DNA of 26,949 nucleotides from Myxococcota bacterium (GTDB lineage Bacteria; Myxococcota_A; Polyangia; Polyangiales; Houyiibacteriaceae): NCBI GenBank assembly GCA_039030515.1, contig JBCCEA010000046.1, positions 1 to 26,949 of the forward strand, read 5' to 3'. Shown piece by piece: positions 26,205 to 26,949 of this stretch (position 1 is its first letter; each line of letters starts with the position of its first letter). The notes under the pieces were generated by a model. It saw only the letters and a program-made list of their open reading frames with translations, ran no database searches and was not told where the DNA came from. The position numbers and the translations under genes were made by a program.

Positions 26205-26586
26205 AAACGATCTTTTTGTTGGAGTGTATTCGTTTTACAAACTAATTTTAGATAGCTTTAGTCAAGGTGCTCTTTGAGCTCGAGTCTTCAAAATCGTTTC
26301 TTTACGACCCACTGAGTATGTTTTAACCAAAATCGATACGCTGCGAAACCGATCGCGCTGGACTATAAATAGTCCATTTTTTTTTGAGCACGGACACAGC
26401 TACAGAACAACGCCGACTCATGTGTCTGTGTTCTGCAAGATTGCCTATCGAGTTCAAAAACGCGCCAGCAACGGATTCCGACAGACGTGCCGCTGTCTTC
26501 GTTTCATCATCCTTAGCTTCAGCGCGAAAAACATAGCACTCTATTCGCCTACATGAACTTGCAGCCGATTTCATCTCAGACTCCCT

Positions 26587-26700
26587 CCAGCGGGCCTATG
26601 TCGGCCCAAACAGCTGCTTTCCTCCCAGCGGGCCTATGTCGGCCCAAACAGCTGCTTTCCTCCCAGCGGGCCTATGTCGGCCCAAACAGCTGCTTACCTC
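26587..26700. repeat. 38-bp tandem repeat x3
   Basis: ccagcgggcctatgtcggcccaaacagctgctt(t/a)cctc starting at 26587, 26625 and 26663. No spacers. Confidence 0.95.
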
Positions 26701-26788
26701 CGATGCTCGTCGCTCAACGTACTCAAAGTACGCCTTCGTTCCTGCGCTTCCGGGGCGCTGGCTGTTTGAGCCAACCTAGGCCCGCTGG
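26663..26788. mobile_element. MITE-like non-coding element with 28-bp imperfect terminal inverted repeats
   Basis: Left end 26663-26690 matches the reverse complement of 26761-26788 at 25/28. Internal palindrome CGTACT-caa-AGTACG. No transposase in the window. Confidence 0.6.
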
Positions 26789-26949
26789 GGGGTGGTGGTC
26801 ACTAGGCCTGAACGCCTGCTTGCCTCCCATGCTCGTCGCTCAACGTACTCAAAGTACGCCTTCGTTCCTGCGCTTCCGGGGCGCTCGCTGTTTGAGCCAA
26901 CCTAGGCCCGCTGGGGGGTGGTGGTCACTAGGCCTGAACGCCTGCTTGC
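26703..26949. repeat. 126-bp tandem repeat x2 (second copy cut by window end)
   Basis: Unit starting atgctcgtcgctcaacgtactc at 26703 and 26829. The copies are nearly identical and each contains the element body and right inverted repeat. Confidence 0.95.

Noticed and set aside
26323..26574. 83 aa ORF upstream of the array
   Set aside because: No recognisable similarity, contains an A9 run and abuts the repeat. It may be a gene remnant but this is unsupported.
26587..26700. CRISPR array (38-bp repeats)
   Set aside because: Head-to-tail copies without spacers that match the inverted repeat of the adjacent element.

Overview
The window has a GC-rich housekeeping backbone whose gene content suggests Myxococcota (inferred, not proven). 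The backbone holds aspS, a LysM protein, a membrane Ser/Thr kinase, a lipoprotein, a TonB-C-fused TonB-dependent receptor, ychF, a PhoB/PhoR-like pair, a second atypical PhoB-like regulator and a YceI-like gene. Two lower-GC accessory blocks interrupt it. The larger block (17495-26204) is a tandem array of six divergent, co-oriented 404-481 aa WD40-like beta-propeller genes without signal peptides. Three begin with a clear eukaryote-type F-box helix-1 motif (LPxE[LV]xxx[IV]xx[FY]) and one has a degenerate version. The other two carry a TPLL dileucine-type motif at identical positions. This looks like a repertoire of Fbxw-mimicking effectors aimed at a eukaryotic SCF ubiquitin ligase, which is inference. 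The smaller block (4681-8388) holds a seventh family member broken by a 1-nt frameshift and an in-frame TGA, plus a fragmented gene with duplicated HTH/SANT-like modules. Both window ends are tandem repeats: 19/20-bp units built from the aspS 3' end, and 38-bp and 126-bp units built from a MITE-like element. No rRNA, tRNA or CRISPR array was seen.
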